The translations under genes were made by a program, and so were the position numbers. The notes beneath the pieces are model-generated. The model did not search any database, was not told the DNA's origin, and saw nothing but the letters and a program-made list of their open reading frames with translations. This document shows, in pieces, positions 1 through 10,897 of a DNA stretch of 64,000 bases; position 1 is the first letter of the stretch; each line of letters begins with the position of its first letter. The DNA comes from Histomonas meleagridis 2922-C6/04-290x (Eukaryota > Protista > Parabasalia): positions 62,001 to 126,000 of the forward strand of contig JAANOX010000096.1 in assembly GCA_020184695.1 (NCBI GenBank), read 5' to 3'.

Positions 1-2
1 AT

Positions 3-782
3 ATTAATAATATCGAATCCGAAATTAATAACGCATTAATAAACAACGAAAAATATATCGATGAACACGCAAAAGAATCCATTAAAACAGAAATTAAAAA
101 CTTGAAATCTAATATTAATAATATTGCAAAAGATAAACTCAAAAAAAATATAAATAAATATATCGATGAAAACATTCAAGTTGTTGTACAAACAGAATTA
201 AATAACATACAAAACTCAATACAAAATAATAAAATACCAACAGATATACAAAATGAATTATTAGAAAGATGTGTAAATTCATTTATAGATAAAAGTCGAA
301 ATGTTTTTCCAATTGATGAAAAGTTAAAACAAATAATAAATAACAAAGTTTTAAACGCTTTAGTAAACTCATCACAGTTTACTAATTTACCAGATTTGAT
401 AAGTCATCAACAAACAACAGCTCGAAAACAAGAAATTCAAAATGCTAAAAATAGTATTAATTCTATATTAACAATTGAGAAAATGAGCGCTAAAATTAAG
501 ATGCAAAATAGTAAATCATGTGAATTCAGTGGCGTCTTCCCAAGTAATATCCAATCGACTTTAAGTAATAAATGTAATGGAATTCTTTCCCAAATTAATG
601 AAGAAAATATAAAATCTGAAATCGAAGCGTATATCAAAAATGAAATATCTAATTGTGTTACTGAATTATCTGATGAAGCGAAAATAATATCGAGAAAAAA
701 TAAGAAAGAGAAGGAAAAGTTCGAAAAAGAAATGTTAAGTTTTCTTAAAGATTCTGCTAAGGCCATCTCAAAAATTAAATAA
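3..782 (+). CDS. 3' part of a hypothetical Asn/Ile/Lys-rich, probably coiled-coil protein; 5' end lies outside the window
   Basis: The frame of ORF 102..782 is open back to position 3 (INNIESEINNALINNEKYIDEHAKESIKTEIKN); no recognisable domain. Confidence 0.6.
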   Translation: MNNIESEINNALINNEKYIDEHAKESIKTEIKNLKSNINNIAKDKLKKNINKYIDENIQVVVQTELNNIQNSIQNNKIPTDIQNELLERCVNSFIDKSRNVFPIDEKLKQIINNKVLNALVNSSQFTNLPDLISHQQTTARKQEIQNAKNSINSILTIEKMSAKIKMQNSKSCEFSGVFPSNIQSTLSNKCNGILSQINEENIKSEIEAYIKNEISNCVTELSDEAKIISRKNKKEKEKFEKEMLSFLKDSAKAISKIK

Positions 783-1097
783 TGAAATTATTTAATTATT
801 TTTTTTTTAATTTTAAGTGAATTAAATGAAAATTAAATCATTTACTGTTTGCGATTCTTTTGACATAAGAAAGAGTTTTATGTGTGATAAATATAATGAA
901 AATTCAGGTTCTATTTAGATATGAATATTGTGAGTAAATAGTACATAAGAAATTGTTATTTAAATAAGAACTTATTCATGAAAAAATAAGTAACGTGGTA
1001 TTGCTTAAAGCAGACACTAATCTTTCATTAATTGTTACAAATTCGCAAATTTTAAAATTGTTGTATAAAAAACAAATAATTCTAAAACATTCATATT

Positions 1098-1733
1098 TTA
1101 TGACGTGGGTAACTTATGCCTACAGCTTGGACATTCTGAGTGCAACTGAAGCCAAGGGTCAAGACAGTTTTTATGGAATGGATGGCCACATTCGAGTAAA
1201 AGAATTTCTTCTCCTTCATTAAGTTGTTCTAAACAAATTAAACATGAATCTTCACTACATTTATCTTTTGAAAAAGGAACTGTGTGCAATGATTGAACAT
1301 ATTTCTTGTCAGCTGGTGGAGAACCTAAAGCTTGACGATCCATATTGAATAAATGTTCTGCAAGTGCTCTAACTTGATCTTCTCCTCCAAGAACATAATC
1401 ACCCATTTGATTTGGCATTCCTCCATGCCCAATTCGGGCTTGAAAATGTGAACCTTCTCGAGCTTGTTGCATAATTGATCGAAGAAATTGTAATAAATTG
1501 TTTCCTTGTAGATCCATCATGTTCATTCCCATAGAAACACCACTACGGACAAAATCACCATGATAAACTGTTACTGGTGAGACAACAATATTCATTTCTC
1601 GAACTGGTGAATCTAGTTGCCCTTCTTCTAATAAAATAGAATTCTCGAATTCAACAAAGCTGCCTTTACAATCGCCACATTTGAATGTACCATCATTTGC
1701 AACAAGTTTTTTGCACTTGTAACACCAAAGCAT
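1098..1733 (-). CDS. RING-H2 E3 ubiquitin ligase with N-terminal zinc ribbon (RNF126/RNF115-like)
   Basis: N-terminal WCYKC...CGDCKGSFVE zinc ribbon; C-terminal CLIC...CGHPFHKNCLDPWLQLHSECPSCR C3H2C3 RING. Confidence 0.92.
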   Translation of the reverse strand: MLWCYKCKKLVANDGTFKCGDCKGSFVEFENSILLEEGQLDSPVREMNIVVSPVTVYHGDFVRSGVSMGMNMMDLQGNNLLQFLRSIMQQAREGSHFQARIGHGGMPNQMGDYVLGGEDQVRALAEHLFNMDRQALGSPPADKKYVQSLHTVPFSKDKCSEDSCLICLEQLNEGEEILLLECGHPFHKNCLDPWLQLHSECPSCRHKLPTS

Positions 1734-1876
1734 ATAACCAAACGATTAAAATGCGTTCAATTCCAAAAACCAAAAGAACGATAGTATCATGGCTATTCAT
1801 TTATCGTCAGTTCGGCACTTTTTTAAGTTTAAAGCCCACCTCAAAACCGTTTACTCTTTACATTCACCTGCACAAG

Positions 1877-4800
1877 ATGAAAGTCCAAAAAAACAAGACA
1901 TTCAGTGAAGATTTTATAGAAGCTATTACATTATTTTCTGATCCTAATTTTTCTAAAGAGGCTGAGTGTTCAATTTATGAATTTCCATATATTCCAATTG
2001 AAAAAATTAATGAAATTTCGTATTTAATTAAAAAAAGATTTTATATAGGAAGTGAGGTACTTTCATTTTTGTCGTCAAATTTTGTTTTTGATCCAGCATT
2101 TGTTAGTGCAATTTCATTAAAAATTTTTCCACCAAAAGAACTCGAACTTGGACTTATTTCTTGTGTACTAGGATGGGCTTCTAATCCTGATTTTTGTGAT
2201 GGCGATTATTTTCAACATTTAGTAATAACAATAATATCAGATCGAATCTCAGAATGTCGCAAATTTTGTATTCGTTTCATAACAGCCACATACAAGCAAA
2301 GTATTCCCAAATCCATTTCCAAACAAGCAACCAATGATTTACTCTCATATTGTTTTTCTACAAATTCTGATCTTTCATTTAGTTTAAATATATTAAATGA
2401 CATGATAATAATATCAGAAATAACTAAATATAATGAAATTTCAAATGATTTATTTCGTATTTCAAGTATTTTATTACGAAAACATAGTAATACATTAACT
2501 AATTATGATAAATGTTTTTTATGCGATTCATTAATACCATTTTTATCCAATTTAAATGTTGAAGCATTTTCATTATTAGCAACTATCACTGATTTTTCTC
2601 CGAATGATTCATTAAATATCTTTTATTCAAGTTTAGCCAAGATTTCATTAATAATATTAATAAAATTCGACAAAGAAATCCAACAAAATCAACAAAAAGA
2701 ACTTGAAAATGATTTAATAATTACACTCGATGATAAACATATTGGTTATTCATGTTTTTCACAATGTTTAACTAATCCTAATCCAATTGATTCACAAATG
2801 CTTGAGCCCAAAATTAATATTACGAATGTATTAAATGAAAATCAATTTAAGATATATCATTTAATTAATATATTATTACATAATCGTAAGAAAGAATTAA
2901 TAATTTCATTTATAAATTCATTCTTAAAAGAAGTTAAATCTTCATTTAATATACAAATTGGTATTTTTTATATATCATTATTACAAAACATTGAAGAAAA
3001 AGATTTTTATTCTAATGATTTAATGAACGGATTAATTTCATCCGAAATATTTTCTTATTCAAGAAATGTTTTTGTTGAAGAAGAAAATGAATTTATACAA
3101 TTAAATTATTTACGTAATTTAATATTTCAATTTTTATGTACTGAAGTTATAACATTTAAAGATTCATTAGATCAAATCTTTATTAATTCAAGTGATTATC
3201 CTTTTTTATTTACGGAACATATTGGTCGAGTTATGAACATTATAGCACCCGCTAATTTAATATTAATAATCAATGAAACATTTATTTCATTATTAAGTAA
3301 AAACCTTCATTTATTGGTTGTTAAATTAAAAGAACCAGGTAATAACATATATAGAGCTTGGTCGACATTAATAATATTTTGTTTTAATATATTAAATAAT
3401 TATCAAATCGCAAATTTATGTTTTAAATCATTTGAATTCACAAATATATATTTGAAACATTTGTTTCATCCATATTTAAAACAAAATATTTCAGATACAT
3501 TAAAACAATATTTAACTCATCAACATGAAACAAATGATTTTGTCTTAAACTCAATAGCTCAATTTTGTTATGGAGTATTTAGTCATGCAATTTATAAATC
3601 AGATGAATATCATGAATTAGCTATTGAGTTATTAAGTTATCTTGAAGATTCAATGAAACATAATCAAGAAATTGTTAAATATTTATCTATTTTAGCACCA
3701 ACAATTTTATCATTTTTTTTACATTATCCTTCAGTCGAATTACTTAAATATACATTAGATTTCCATTTAAATGTATCGTTTAATTGTGATGAATTTAAAT
3801 TCTCAAGTGATGAAATGGTTAAATTAGGTAATACTATTAAAACAATGGAATCAAATGGTTTATCAAAAACTACTTTCGATACTTTATTATCTTTATTAGC
3901 AGGTACTAAAGTTTCTTCATTAAATTCAACTTTTGTAATACGAAATTCTTCATATATATTATTAATATTAATATCTGCTTCTGATGATATATTACCAATC
4001 ATTAAATTTTTTTGGGATTTATGTAAATATTCTGTTTATAATTGTATACAATGTAATAAAGGTGAACTTGATTTATTTTTAATTGAATTATTATTAAAGT
4101 TTCCAAAAGATTTTAAGTTTATGGATTGTAATTTTAAATCGAATTTAACAGTAGAACAAATTAATAATATTATAATTCCTTTATTATCATTAATATTTAC
4201 TTATCAATGTTCACCACAATCAGCAGAACGATTTATTAAATTAGCTATACCTAGAAAATCAGAAAACGAAGAAATTTCAAATGAAAATAAGAAAAATTTA
4301 TTCCAAAAATTATTATATGAAAATAAAGTTATTTTCCCAATATTTTCTAATACGATTATTGATCAAATTATTCGAGCATTAACTGATAAAAATCAATTAA
4401 GTTATGTATATACTAAAAACTCACAACCATTAATATTTAAAAATGTTAAAATCGATAATATCGAAAATGGATTTACATTTTGTTGTTATATAATGTTAGA
4501 TAAAGCATTAACACAAAATGCTAATAATGATAAACCATTAATTTTTGAAATTGTTGATCAAAATGGTAAAACGATTTCATTATATACGAATGGATTATCA
4601 TTATTATGTGAATTATGTTCATATGAAGGTACTACATCTATATCATTATCATCTACAATGCCTTCATGTGAATGGTTAATGATTACATTATCATTTAATT
4701 ATAAGCCGAACATATTAGAAATATTATTTTCATTTAATAATGATCAATTTTTAACATTTAAAGTAAAGAATCCTGAATTAACTGGACCTTTATATACTGT

Positions 4801-7800
4801 ACAAATCGGAGGATTCTTTAGAGATGTTTTACCTAATGGTAATATTTATTGTTTCTTAGGTTCGTTTTATTTATATCCAATAACTTTCGATGAAACAATG
4901 GTTAATAATTTATATTCTTGTGGCGATAAAATATTTAATGATTTAATTAATTTGATTAAATATGATAAATGTTCATGTCAAAATTATATCAAAACTTTCC
5001 CTTATGTATTTAATGAATATCATTTAATTGATTCGATTTTGCCATTTTTTTCTTTTGCTAATTATGCGCCTGAGTTTTTCATTGATCGAATTATCGATTT
5101 ATTTAGTTATATAGATAATGTTCAATGTGAGAAATATTATAAAATTATTTCACAATATATGTTACAATTTAATTCATCGATTTTAAATTATTCGATTTAT
5201 TTACGATTTTTTAAGTTGTTTGCTGAGAATAATTCATTGATTTTGTTTAAATATATTTTGTTTAATTTCGAAATTTGGTGTAATTCACCAAATTTTAAAT
5301 CTATTGTTTCACATTATAATCAAGTTTTATTACCTAATTTCCCAAATATTTTTATGTCGGAAACTTCATTTTCCGAAATATTTAATCAAATTCGAATATA
5401 TTTATGGTTTACTGATATTGAAAATGAATATATATGTACGAAACGATTTAAAGATATTGATATTGAATCAATTCGTGAAATAATAAATCGATTTTTAGTA
5501 CAATTTGCGACATTAACTTTAACAAAGAATGATATTAATAATTTATTATCACATATATATACACTTCGAGATATAAAACAAAAAATTTCATTATTAAATT
5601 TATTATTAAATATAATACCATTAATAAATGATAAAAAAGAAGTTCTTGAAATCATTTTCCCAATGTTAACTAATTCACGTTGTGATATCTTTTCATTATT
5701 ATTAGAAATCATTTTAAGATTATCAGAAGATAATTTATCGAAAATTATCGAATATATATTTCCTATAATGAATGAGTTATATTATACTATACCTATCTTA
5801 AAAGCTCTTTTAAATATTTCGAATGAATTTCCCGAAGTTATTCCAATTTGTTGTTTAATTTCAGTGAATTTAACATTTAAAGAACAGAAAAAAACATTAA
5901 AACAATTTAAAGTCATAATAAAAAATAATGAAAATTGTAAAAGAATATCGAAAATATTAACTTGGTATATATGGCCAATAGTATTAACATTAAAATTAAA
6001 AGATGATTTACAAAACGAAATGATAAATATAATATTCCAAATAATGATACAAAGAACGGAATTAATTGATGATATTTTAGCATTTTTAGATTTGTTTTAT
6101 ATTCATTATCATATAAATGTATCATTAATCCAATTTAAATTAATTGAGAAAATTATGGAACATATCTCATTAAAACCAAATAATGAAAAAGTTATTTCGT
6201 ATATGTTTTATAGATGTGCAAGATATCTTTTATTTAATTATAATGTTAAAACTCATTCAAATGAATTAATGAATTTATATATAAATTCTGTTTTTTATGA
6301 TCAAGATAATTCATTTGAAATATTTAATAATGAATTAAATATATCATCGATAATAGAAATTGAAGAAATGATAAATAAACCTATAAAAAATACTTTAATA
6401 TTTCGATATGAAGTTGATTATAAAACTTTAAATGTTATGCAAATTATTACAAATTATATTATTGAGTTAGAAAAATATGTTGTTAATGAAGATCAAACTA
6501 TAAAAAACTTATTTTTGTATTTAAAATATATTAATAATCGTCAAAGTTATGATAATATTAAACGATATACTGAATTAAATAAGATTTCACGATTAATCTT
6601 TAATTATATTCAAGTGATGAAAATCTCATTTAAATCATTTATAATAAATTTCACAAACAATTTCAAGAAAATCCTTATTACACATAATAATAAATCACAA
6701 GAATTATTATCAAATGTTAAAGATGAAATTATACAAATATCATTAAAATCAATTTCAACATATATCCAACAAATTATAAATAATTCTACTAATCAAGCAA
6801 ATTATTATTTACATTTTTCTTATCAAAATATGAACAATTATTCAATCTGGAAAAACTTTTCACAACCAAATCCATTATTTATTAAGAAGTTTGGTATGAA
6901 TGGAAACTTTTATTCCACATTACTAAAGCCAAAACTTTCCATTTCATCAATAGAAATCGAACAAAATAATACAAATATAAATCCAATATATACATCACAA
7001 GGAACTTTAATTAAATTATATTCTCATATCGAATGTACATTTATATTATTACAATTAAAACTTTTAATAATTTCACAAAATAAAAAACGTGAAATATCAA
7101 TTGATGATATTAAATATATATTATATAAAAACTCAAATTGTTTCGAAATATGTTTAAATTCAGGTAAAAGTTATTTAATACATTTCCATAAAGATCAACC
7201 GAATCGTATCTTAAAAGCATTTAATAATATACATTATAATACAAATCAAATTCCATTAATACAAAATTTAATATTTTCTTCTTTTATTAATCAATTAAAT
7301 ATTACAAATGATTGGATCGAAGGGAAATTAAGTAACTTCGAATATATCTCAAAATTAAACTTCTTCGGTGGTAAAAGTATTTGTTCGATTAAGAATTATC
7401 CGATTTTCCCATTTTTGGAATTAAAAGATCATAAAATACGTGACTTTAATAAAATCGATATTGGATATAATATCAATCCAAAGATTTGGCTTGAAATGTT
7501 TGGCGATATTATACCATTAGGAAAAGAAAATAATATAATTCCAAATAATAATAATAATTATCATTTACAATCAAATGATTTAAGTCAATTAGATTCAGAA
7601 TTTACTGATTCGATAATTGATGAAAATAATGATGAAATTGTTACTGCGGAATATTTCCAATCTATAATTGACTTAAATCATTATGAACTTACTTATGAAT
7701 TCTTTTCTTCGCCTGAATGTTTTTCTTCAATTAACTTCGTAAATACAAATAAATTTAAATTCGTGTATAACAATCGAAAATTATTGGAAAGTAAAGAAGT

Positions 7801-8800
7801 AACTGAAAATATTAACATTTGGATAGATAACATTTTCGGCTTTAAGAAAATGGGTAAAAATCAATTGTTTAATCATCCACATCCACAAAAAATTTTGGAA
7901 CAACGAAAAAAAGAAAATATTATTCGACATTTCTCTTTAACAACTATTAACGTTTTAAATGGTGAAATTTGCTCATTCTTTGATGATAAAATTATTGTTA
8001 AAATAGTCTCTAATGAAAGTGAATATTTAGTAATTGCTATTGATTTAGAAAACCCAAATAATTATGAAACAAAACTTAAAACTAAAATTCCTTTCTCAGA
8101 AAAAACGGTCGTCGATTTTGATCGTACTGCTGTACTTTTGGCTGAAACCGACAACGCTGAAATAACTGTTGTAAAGGACAACGGTTATACATTCACACAA
8201 AAAGTTTCGCATTCAATAGACTTCTGCGGTTATCGTAACGTGTTCGGGGCAGCCCACGGTACGGTTTTTTCTACTGAAATCAAAAATAATTCTTGTGAAT
8301 TATTCGGATTTTGTAAGGTATCTCCAGAAATAGCTTTATGTGCTTATTCAAGTTATAGATTTAATATAACAGTAGTTGGAATACAAAGTAATAAGATTTT
8401 AATTTTCGATAGATTGAAAGGTTTATTTATCCGCGAAATTGACGGTTTAAAGGGTGCCCCAAAGCACGTTATAATTACACCAATTTTTGGTTTCATAGTT
8501 GTACATACAATTAAAATGTTAAGTGTGTATAGTATTAATGGAGAATTAATATGTCAACATGATATAGATTTTGATATTTCTTGTTGGTCTGCATTTAGAT
8601 CAGCAGATGCATTTGATTATGTTTTAATTGCTGATACTATTGGAAGAGTTTTCGTTTGTGAGGCGTTCAATTTGGATACATCATTAAGAATTTTATATCA
8701 ACATAGAAGTAGTGTGATTTCGATGAAAATTAATAATACATGGGATGAAATTGCAATATTAACACAAGAAGGAAAAGGAACTATTCTTCCTTTTGATTAA
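1877..8800 (+). CDS. Beige/BEACH-domain protein (ARM-like N-terminus, ConA-like region, PH, divergent BEACH, WD40 C-terminus)
   Basis: 2371-aa ORF; WIEGKLSNFEYISKLNFFGG..NYPIFPF, YEFFSSPECF and LESKEVTENINIWIDNIFG match BEACH motifs. Start moved to ATG 1877 (MKVQK) because the ORF-track start overlaps the RING gene. Confidence 0.85.
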   Translation: MKVQKNKTFSEDFIEAITLFSDPNFSKEAECSIYEFPYIPIEKINEISYLIKKRFYIGSEVLSFLSSNFVFDPAFVSAISLKIFPPKELELGLISCVLGWASNPDFCDGDYFQHLVITIISDRISECRKFCIRFITATYKQSIPKSISKQATNDLLSYCFSTNSDLSFSLNILNDMIIISEITKYNEISNDLFRISSILLRKHSNTLTNYDKCFLCDSLIPFLSNLNVEAFSLLATITDFSPNDSLNIFYSSLAKISLIILIKFDKEIQQNQQKELENDLIITLDDKHIGYSCFSQCLTNPNPIDSQMLEPKINITNVLNENQFKIYHLINILLHNRKKELIISFINSFLKEVKSSFNIQIGIFYISLLQNIEEKDFYSNDLMNGLISSEIFSYSRNVFVEEENEFIQLNYLRNLIFQFLCTEVITFKDSLDQIFINSSDYPFLFTEHIGRVMNIIAPANLILIINETFISLLSKNLHLLVVKLKEPGNNIYRAWSTLIIFCFNILNNYQIANLCFKSFEFTNIYLKHLFHPYLKQNISDTLKQYLTHQHETNDFVLNSIAQFCYGVFSHAIYKSDEYHELAIELLSYLEDSMKHNQEIVKYLSILAPTILSFFLHYPSVELLKYTLDFHLNVSFNCDEFKFSSDEMVKLGNTIKTMESNGLSKTTFDTLLSLLAGTKVSSLNSTFVIRNSSYILLILISASDDILPIIKFFWDLCKYSVYNCIQCNKGELDLFLIELLLKFPKDFKFMDCNFKSNLTVEQINNIIIPLLSLIFTYQCSPQSAERFIKLAIPRKSENEEISNENKKNLFQKLLYENKVIFPIFSNTIIDQIIRALTDKNQLSYVYTKNSQPLIFKNVKIDNIENGFTFCCYIMLDKALTQNANNDKPLIFEIVDQNGKTISLYTNGLSLLCELCSYEGTTSISLSSTMPSCEWLMITLSFNYKPNILEILFSFNNDQFLTFKVKNPELTGPLYTVQIGGFFRDVLPNGNIYCFLGSFYLYPITFDETMVNNLYSCGDKIFNDLINLIKYDKCSCQNYIKTFPYVFNEYHLIDSILPFFSFANYAPEFFIDRIIDLFSYIDNVQCEKYYKIISQYMLQFNSSILNYSIYLRFFKLFAENNSLILFKYILFNFEIWCNSPNFKSIVSHYNQVLLPNFPNIFMSETSFSEIFNQIRIYLWFTDIENEYICTKRFKDIDIESIREIINRFLVQFATLTLTKNDINNLLSHIYTLRDIKQKISLLNLLLNIIPLINDKKEVLEIIFPMLTNSRCDIFSLLLEIILRLSEDNLSKIIEYIFPIMNELYYTIPILKALLNISNEFPEVIPICCLISVNLTFKEQKKTLKQFKVIIKNNENCKRISKILTWYIWPIVLTLKLKDDLQNEMINIIFQIMIQRTELIDDILAFLDLFYIHYHINVSLIQFKLIEKIMEHISLKPNNEKVISYMFYRCARYLLFNYNVKTHSNELMNLYINSVFYDQDNSFEIFNNELNISSIIEIEEMINKPIKNTLIFRYEVDYKTLNVMQIITNYIIELEKYVVNEDQTIKNLFLYLKYINNRQSYDNIKRYTELNKISRLIFNYIQVMKISFKSFIINFTNNFKKILITHNNKSQELLSNVKDEIIQISLKSISTYIQQIINNSTNQANYYLHFSYQNMNNYSIWKNFSQPNPLFIKKFGMNGNFYSTLLKPKLSISSIEIEQNNTNINPIYTSQGTLIKLYSHIECTFILLQLKLLIISQNKKREISIDDIKYILYKNSNCFEICLNSGKSYLIHFHKDQPNRILKAFNNIHYNTNQIPLIQNLIFSSFINQLNITNDWIEGKLSNFEYISKLNFFGGKSICSIKNYPIFPFLELKDHKIRDFNKIDIGYNINPKIWLEMFGDIIPLGKENNIIPNNNNNYHLQSNDLSQLDSEFTDSIIDENNDEIVTAEYFQSIIDLNHYELTYEFFSSPECFSSINFVNTNKFKFVYNNRKLLESKEVTENINIWIDNIFGFKKMGKNQLFNHPHPQKILEQRKKENIIRHFSLTTINVLNGEICSFFDDKIIVKIVSNESEYLVIAIDLENPNNYETKLKTKIPFSEKTVVDFDRTAVLLAETDNAEITVVKDNGYTFTQKVSHSIDFCGYRNVFGAAHGTVFSTEIKNNSCELFGFCKVSPEIALCAYSSYRFNITVVGIQSNKILIFDRLKGLFIREIDGLKGAPKHVIITPIFGFIVVHTIKMLSVYSINGELICQHDIDFDISCWSAFRSADAFDYVLIADTIGRVFVCEAFNLDTSLRILYQHRSSVISMKINNTWDEIAILTQEGKGTILPFD

Positions 8801-8913
8801 AAATTGTATAATATACTATTTTAAGTTTTAAAGTTTGTGAATTGTACTTTAAAAATTCCAATCAAACAATATAAAGATAATTACATTTTATAAAATTGAT
8901 TTCTATTTCTGTG

Positions 8914-10173
8914 TTAATTAGCTTTTGGTCCTATTACAATCTTTGGAGGACCATTTCGTATAATGGATCGTTGTTTTTGGCGTAACTCAGGAGATGGAAG
9001 TTGATTTGCCATTGAACGAACTCTTGCTCTATGAACTTTTCTTTTCTTTTGTGCTCTACTTATCCTTCTTAGCATCTTTCGGAAGCCTATTGCTGGTTCA
9101 GATATATTTTTTTCAAGTATTATATTTACATCACTTGTCATATCCCTACCAAAGAACTCATCTATTTTCCTCAAGCTCACAAATGAGTTTTGGTAAATAG
9201 AAACAGATTCAAGAGGGATTGTTGCATCACTTAAAAACGGATGATGAAGTGCTTGCGTGGCCGATAGCCTATTTCTGTAGTTTACACACATCAAACCTGT
9301 GATGAAATCAGCGCAAAGAGGAGTTATAAAACTAGGAATCTTATAATCGCCTTGCCTGATTTGTTCGAAAAGCTGGGTCTGTTTACGTTTTGTCCATGGA
9401 AGTTCTCCTGTTATCATTGTATAAAATATAACTCCAACGCTCCAACAATCACTGGCTTTTCCATCGTAAGGATTACCACTAATACATTCAGGAGATGCAT
9501 AACATGGAGAACCACATGGCGTAAATCCGAGACCATCTTTGGTGAGAAAACGAGATAATCCAAAATCTGATATTTTTGTGTGACCAAGATGGTCAAGAAG
9601 AAGGTTTTCTGGCTTTAAATCACGATGTGCAACATTCATACTGTGTATGTACTCAACAGCACTAAGTACTTGTTTGATTATTGGTTTGGCTTGTTGTTCG
9701 GATAAACGTTTGTTGTCAACTATGTGCTGAAAAATTTCACCGCCTGGACAGAATTCAAGAAATACATAATAAAAATATTCATCCTTAAGAATATCAACAA
9801 GTTCAACTATTCCTGGGTGATGAAGTTGTTGATGTACGCGTATTTCTGACTCGAAGCGAGATTCTAAATCGTTTTCTTTCAACCGAAGACGTTCAATAAT
9901 CTTGCATGCATGATATTTATTTGTATTTCGATTATAAGATAACTTTACAATTGAAAATGCTCCTTCTCCAACTGTACCACGAATTTCGTATGGACCTATT
10001 TCATTTGGAATAAGATGAAATGTAGTAAATTCTTCTGATTTCTCATTTCCAGATGAATTTTCTGACCCATATTTAATTTGAGAGTCTGAGTGATAACGTG
10101 TAATTTTCGATGCTGTTTCAAGAGCCTCAGTTGTTGCTGTTAGCTTTGGATCAGCATCCAAAGCAGAAGTCAT
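8914..10173 (-). CDS. CAMK-group Ser/Thr protein kinase (SNF1/AMPK-like)
   Basis: GEGAFSIV, ACK, HRDLKPEN, DFG, TPCGSPCYASPE, DCWSVG motifs intact. Confidence 0.95.
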   Translation of the reverse strand: MTSALDADPKLTATTEALETASKITRYHSDSQIKYGSENSSGNEKSEEFTTFHLIPNEIGPYEIRGTVGEGAFSIVKLSYNRNTNKYHACKIIERLRLKENDLESRFESEIRVHQQLHHPGIVELVDILKDEYFYYVFLEFCPGGEIFQHIVDNKRLSEQQAKPIIKQVLSAVEYIHSMNVAHRDLKPENLLLDHLGHTKISDFGLSRFLTKDGLGFTPCGSPCYASPECISGNPYDGKASDCWSVGVIFYTMITGELPWTKRKQTQLFEQIRQGDYKIPSFITPLCADFITGLMCVNYRNRLSATQALHHPFLSDATIPLESVSIYQNSFVSLRKIDEFFGRDMTSDVNIILEKNISEPAIGFRKMLRRISRAQKKRKVHRARVRSMANQLPSPELRQKQRSIIRNGPPKIVIGPKAN

Positions 10174-10230
10174 TAGATTACAAAAGTGTTATCGGTACTT
10201 TATCACACTTAATTATAACTTTTTGACGTA

Positions 10231-10281
10231 ATTGAAATTTGAATTGGATTCCAACCGATATTTGCCAATTCAAATTTCAAT
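10231..10281. repeat. Perfect 17-bp inverted repeat with 17-nt loop in a divergent intergenic region
   Basis: attgaaatttgaattgg (10231-10247) and ccaattcaaatttcaat (10265-10281) are exact reverse complements. Confidence 0.9.
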
Positions 10282-10326
10282 GGTGAGCTTTTTCCATTGG
10301 TGGTTATTTGATTGATTTACATATAA

Positions 10327-10784
10327 ATGAGAGAACGTTTATTGTGGCGTTACTTATCAGTTGCCAGAAAAACTGATTTATCGGCGGATACTTTCAGAAG
10401 GAACACTCAATTTCAGACGAACCTAAGTCAATTTTGTGTTAAATGGCGCCAAAAAATCGATATTGTTTTGATTCACAAATTTGAGGAAATCGTTTTCATT
10501 GTCAAACATGTTAACATTAAAGATATATATTTGTTTAATTTAATATTTATTTTGTTGGTTTCTAATTTCAAAATAATATTTGGAATTTATTAATTTAACA
10601 AAAAACACCGCTTATGTTAGCAAAATCAAGTGGTAAAACTGAAATTGTTAAGCTGATTCTCGAAAAAGAAGGAATAAATTCGAACCAACAAACTGAAAGT
10701 AAAATAAATGAATTTGGTCTACCTTCGAATGAACCACCAAATGCCAAAAAGTCATATAGCTTTGGATTACCTTCTAATAAGTAA
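10327..10784 (+). CDS. Locus D: small ankyrin-repeat protein (~129 aa) interrupted by four 17-nt inserts
   Basis: After VNIKD (ends 10524), four blocks of 17 nt + codon give N-L-G-K, then TPLMLAKSSGKTEIVKLILEKEGIN...; stop TAA 10782-10784. Start codon uncertain. Confidence 0.6.
10525..10604 (+). other. 4x(17-nt insert + 3-nt coding triplet) block, locus D
   Basis: atatatttgtttaattt|aat atttattttgttggttt|cta atttcaaaataatattt|gga atttattaatttaacaa|aaa. Confidence 0.85.
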
Positions 10785-10897
10785 AAATAAAAATATAATA
10801 AAAATTGTTGTTAGCAGTATAACTTTAAGAAGTATAAATCTAATAAAAATATTAGAACAAAGATTTTTATTAACAATGAGTATTATTCTAATATATA

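Noticed and set aside
1685-1876. ORF-track N-terminal extension of BEACH1; likewise extensions at 45697, 46920, 51401 and 31194
   Set aside because: They overlap neighbouring genes or promoter motifs, or start at non-ATG codons; downstream ATGs are preferred.
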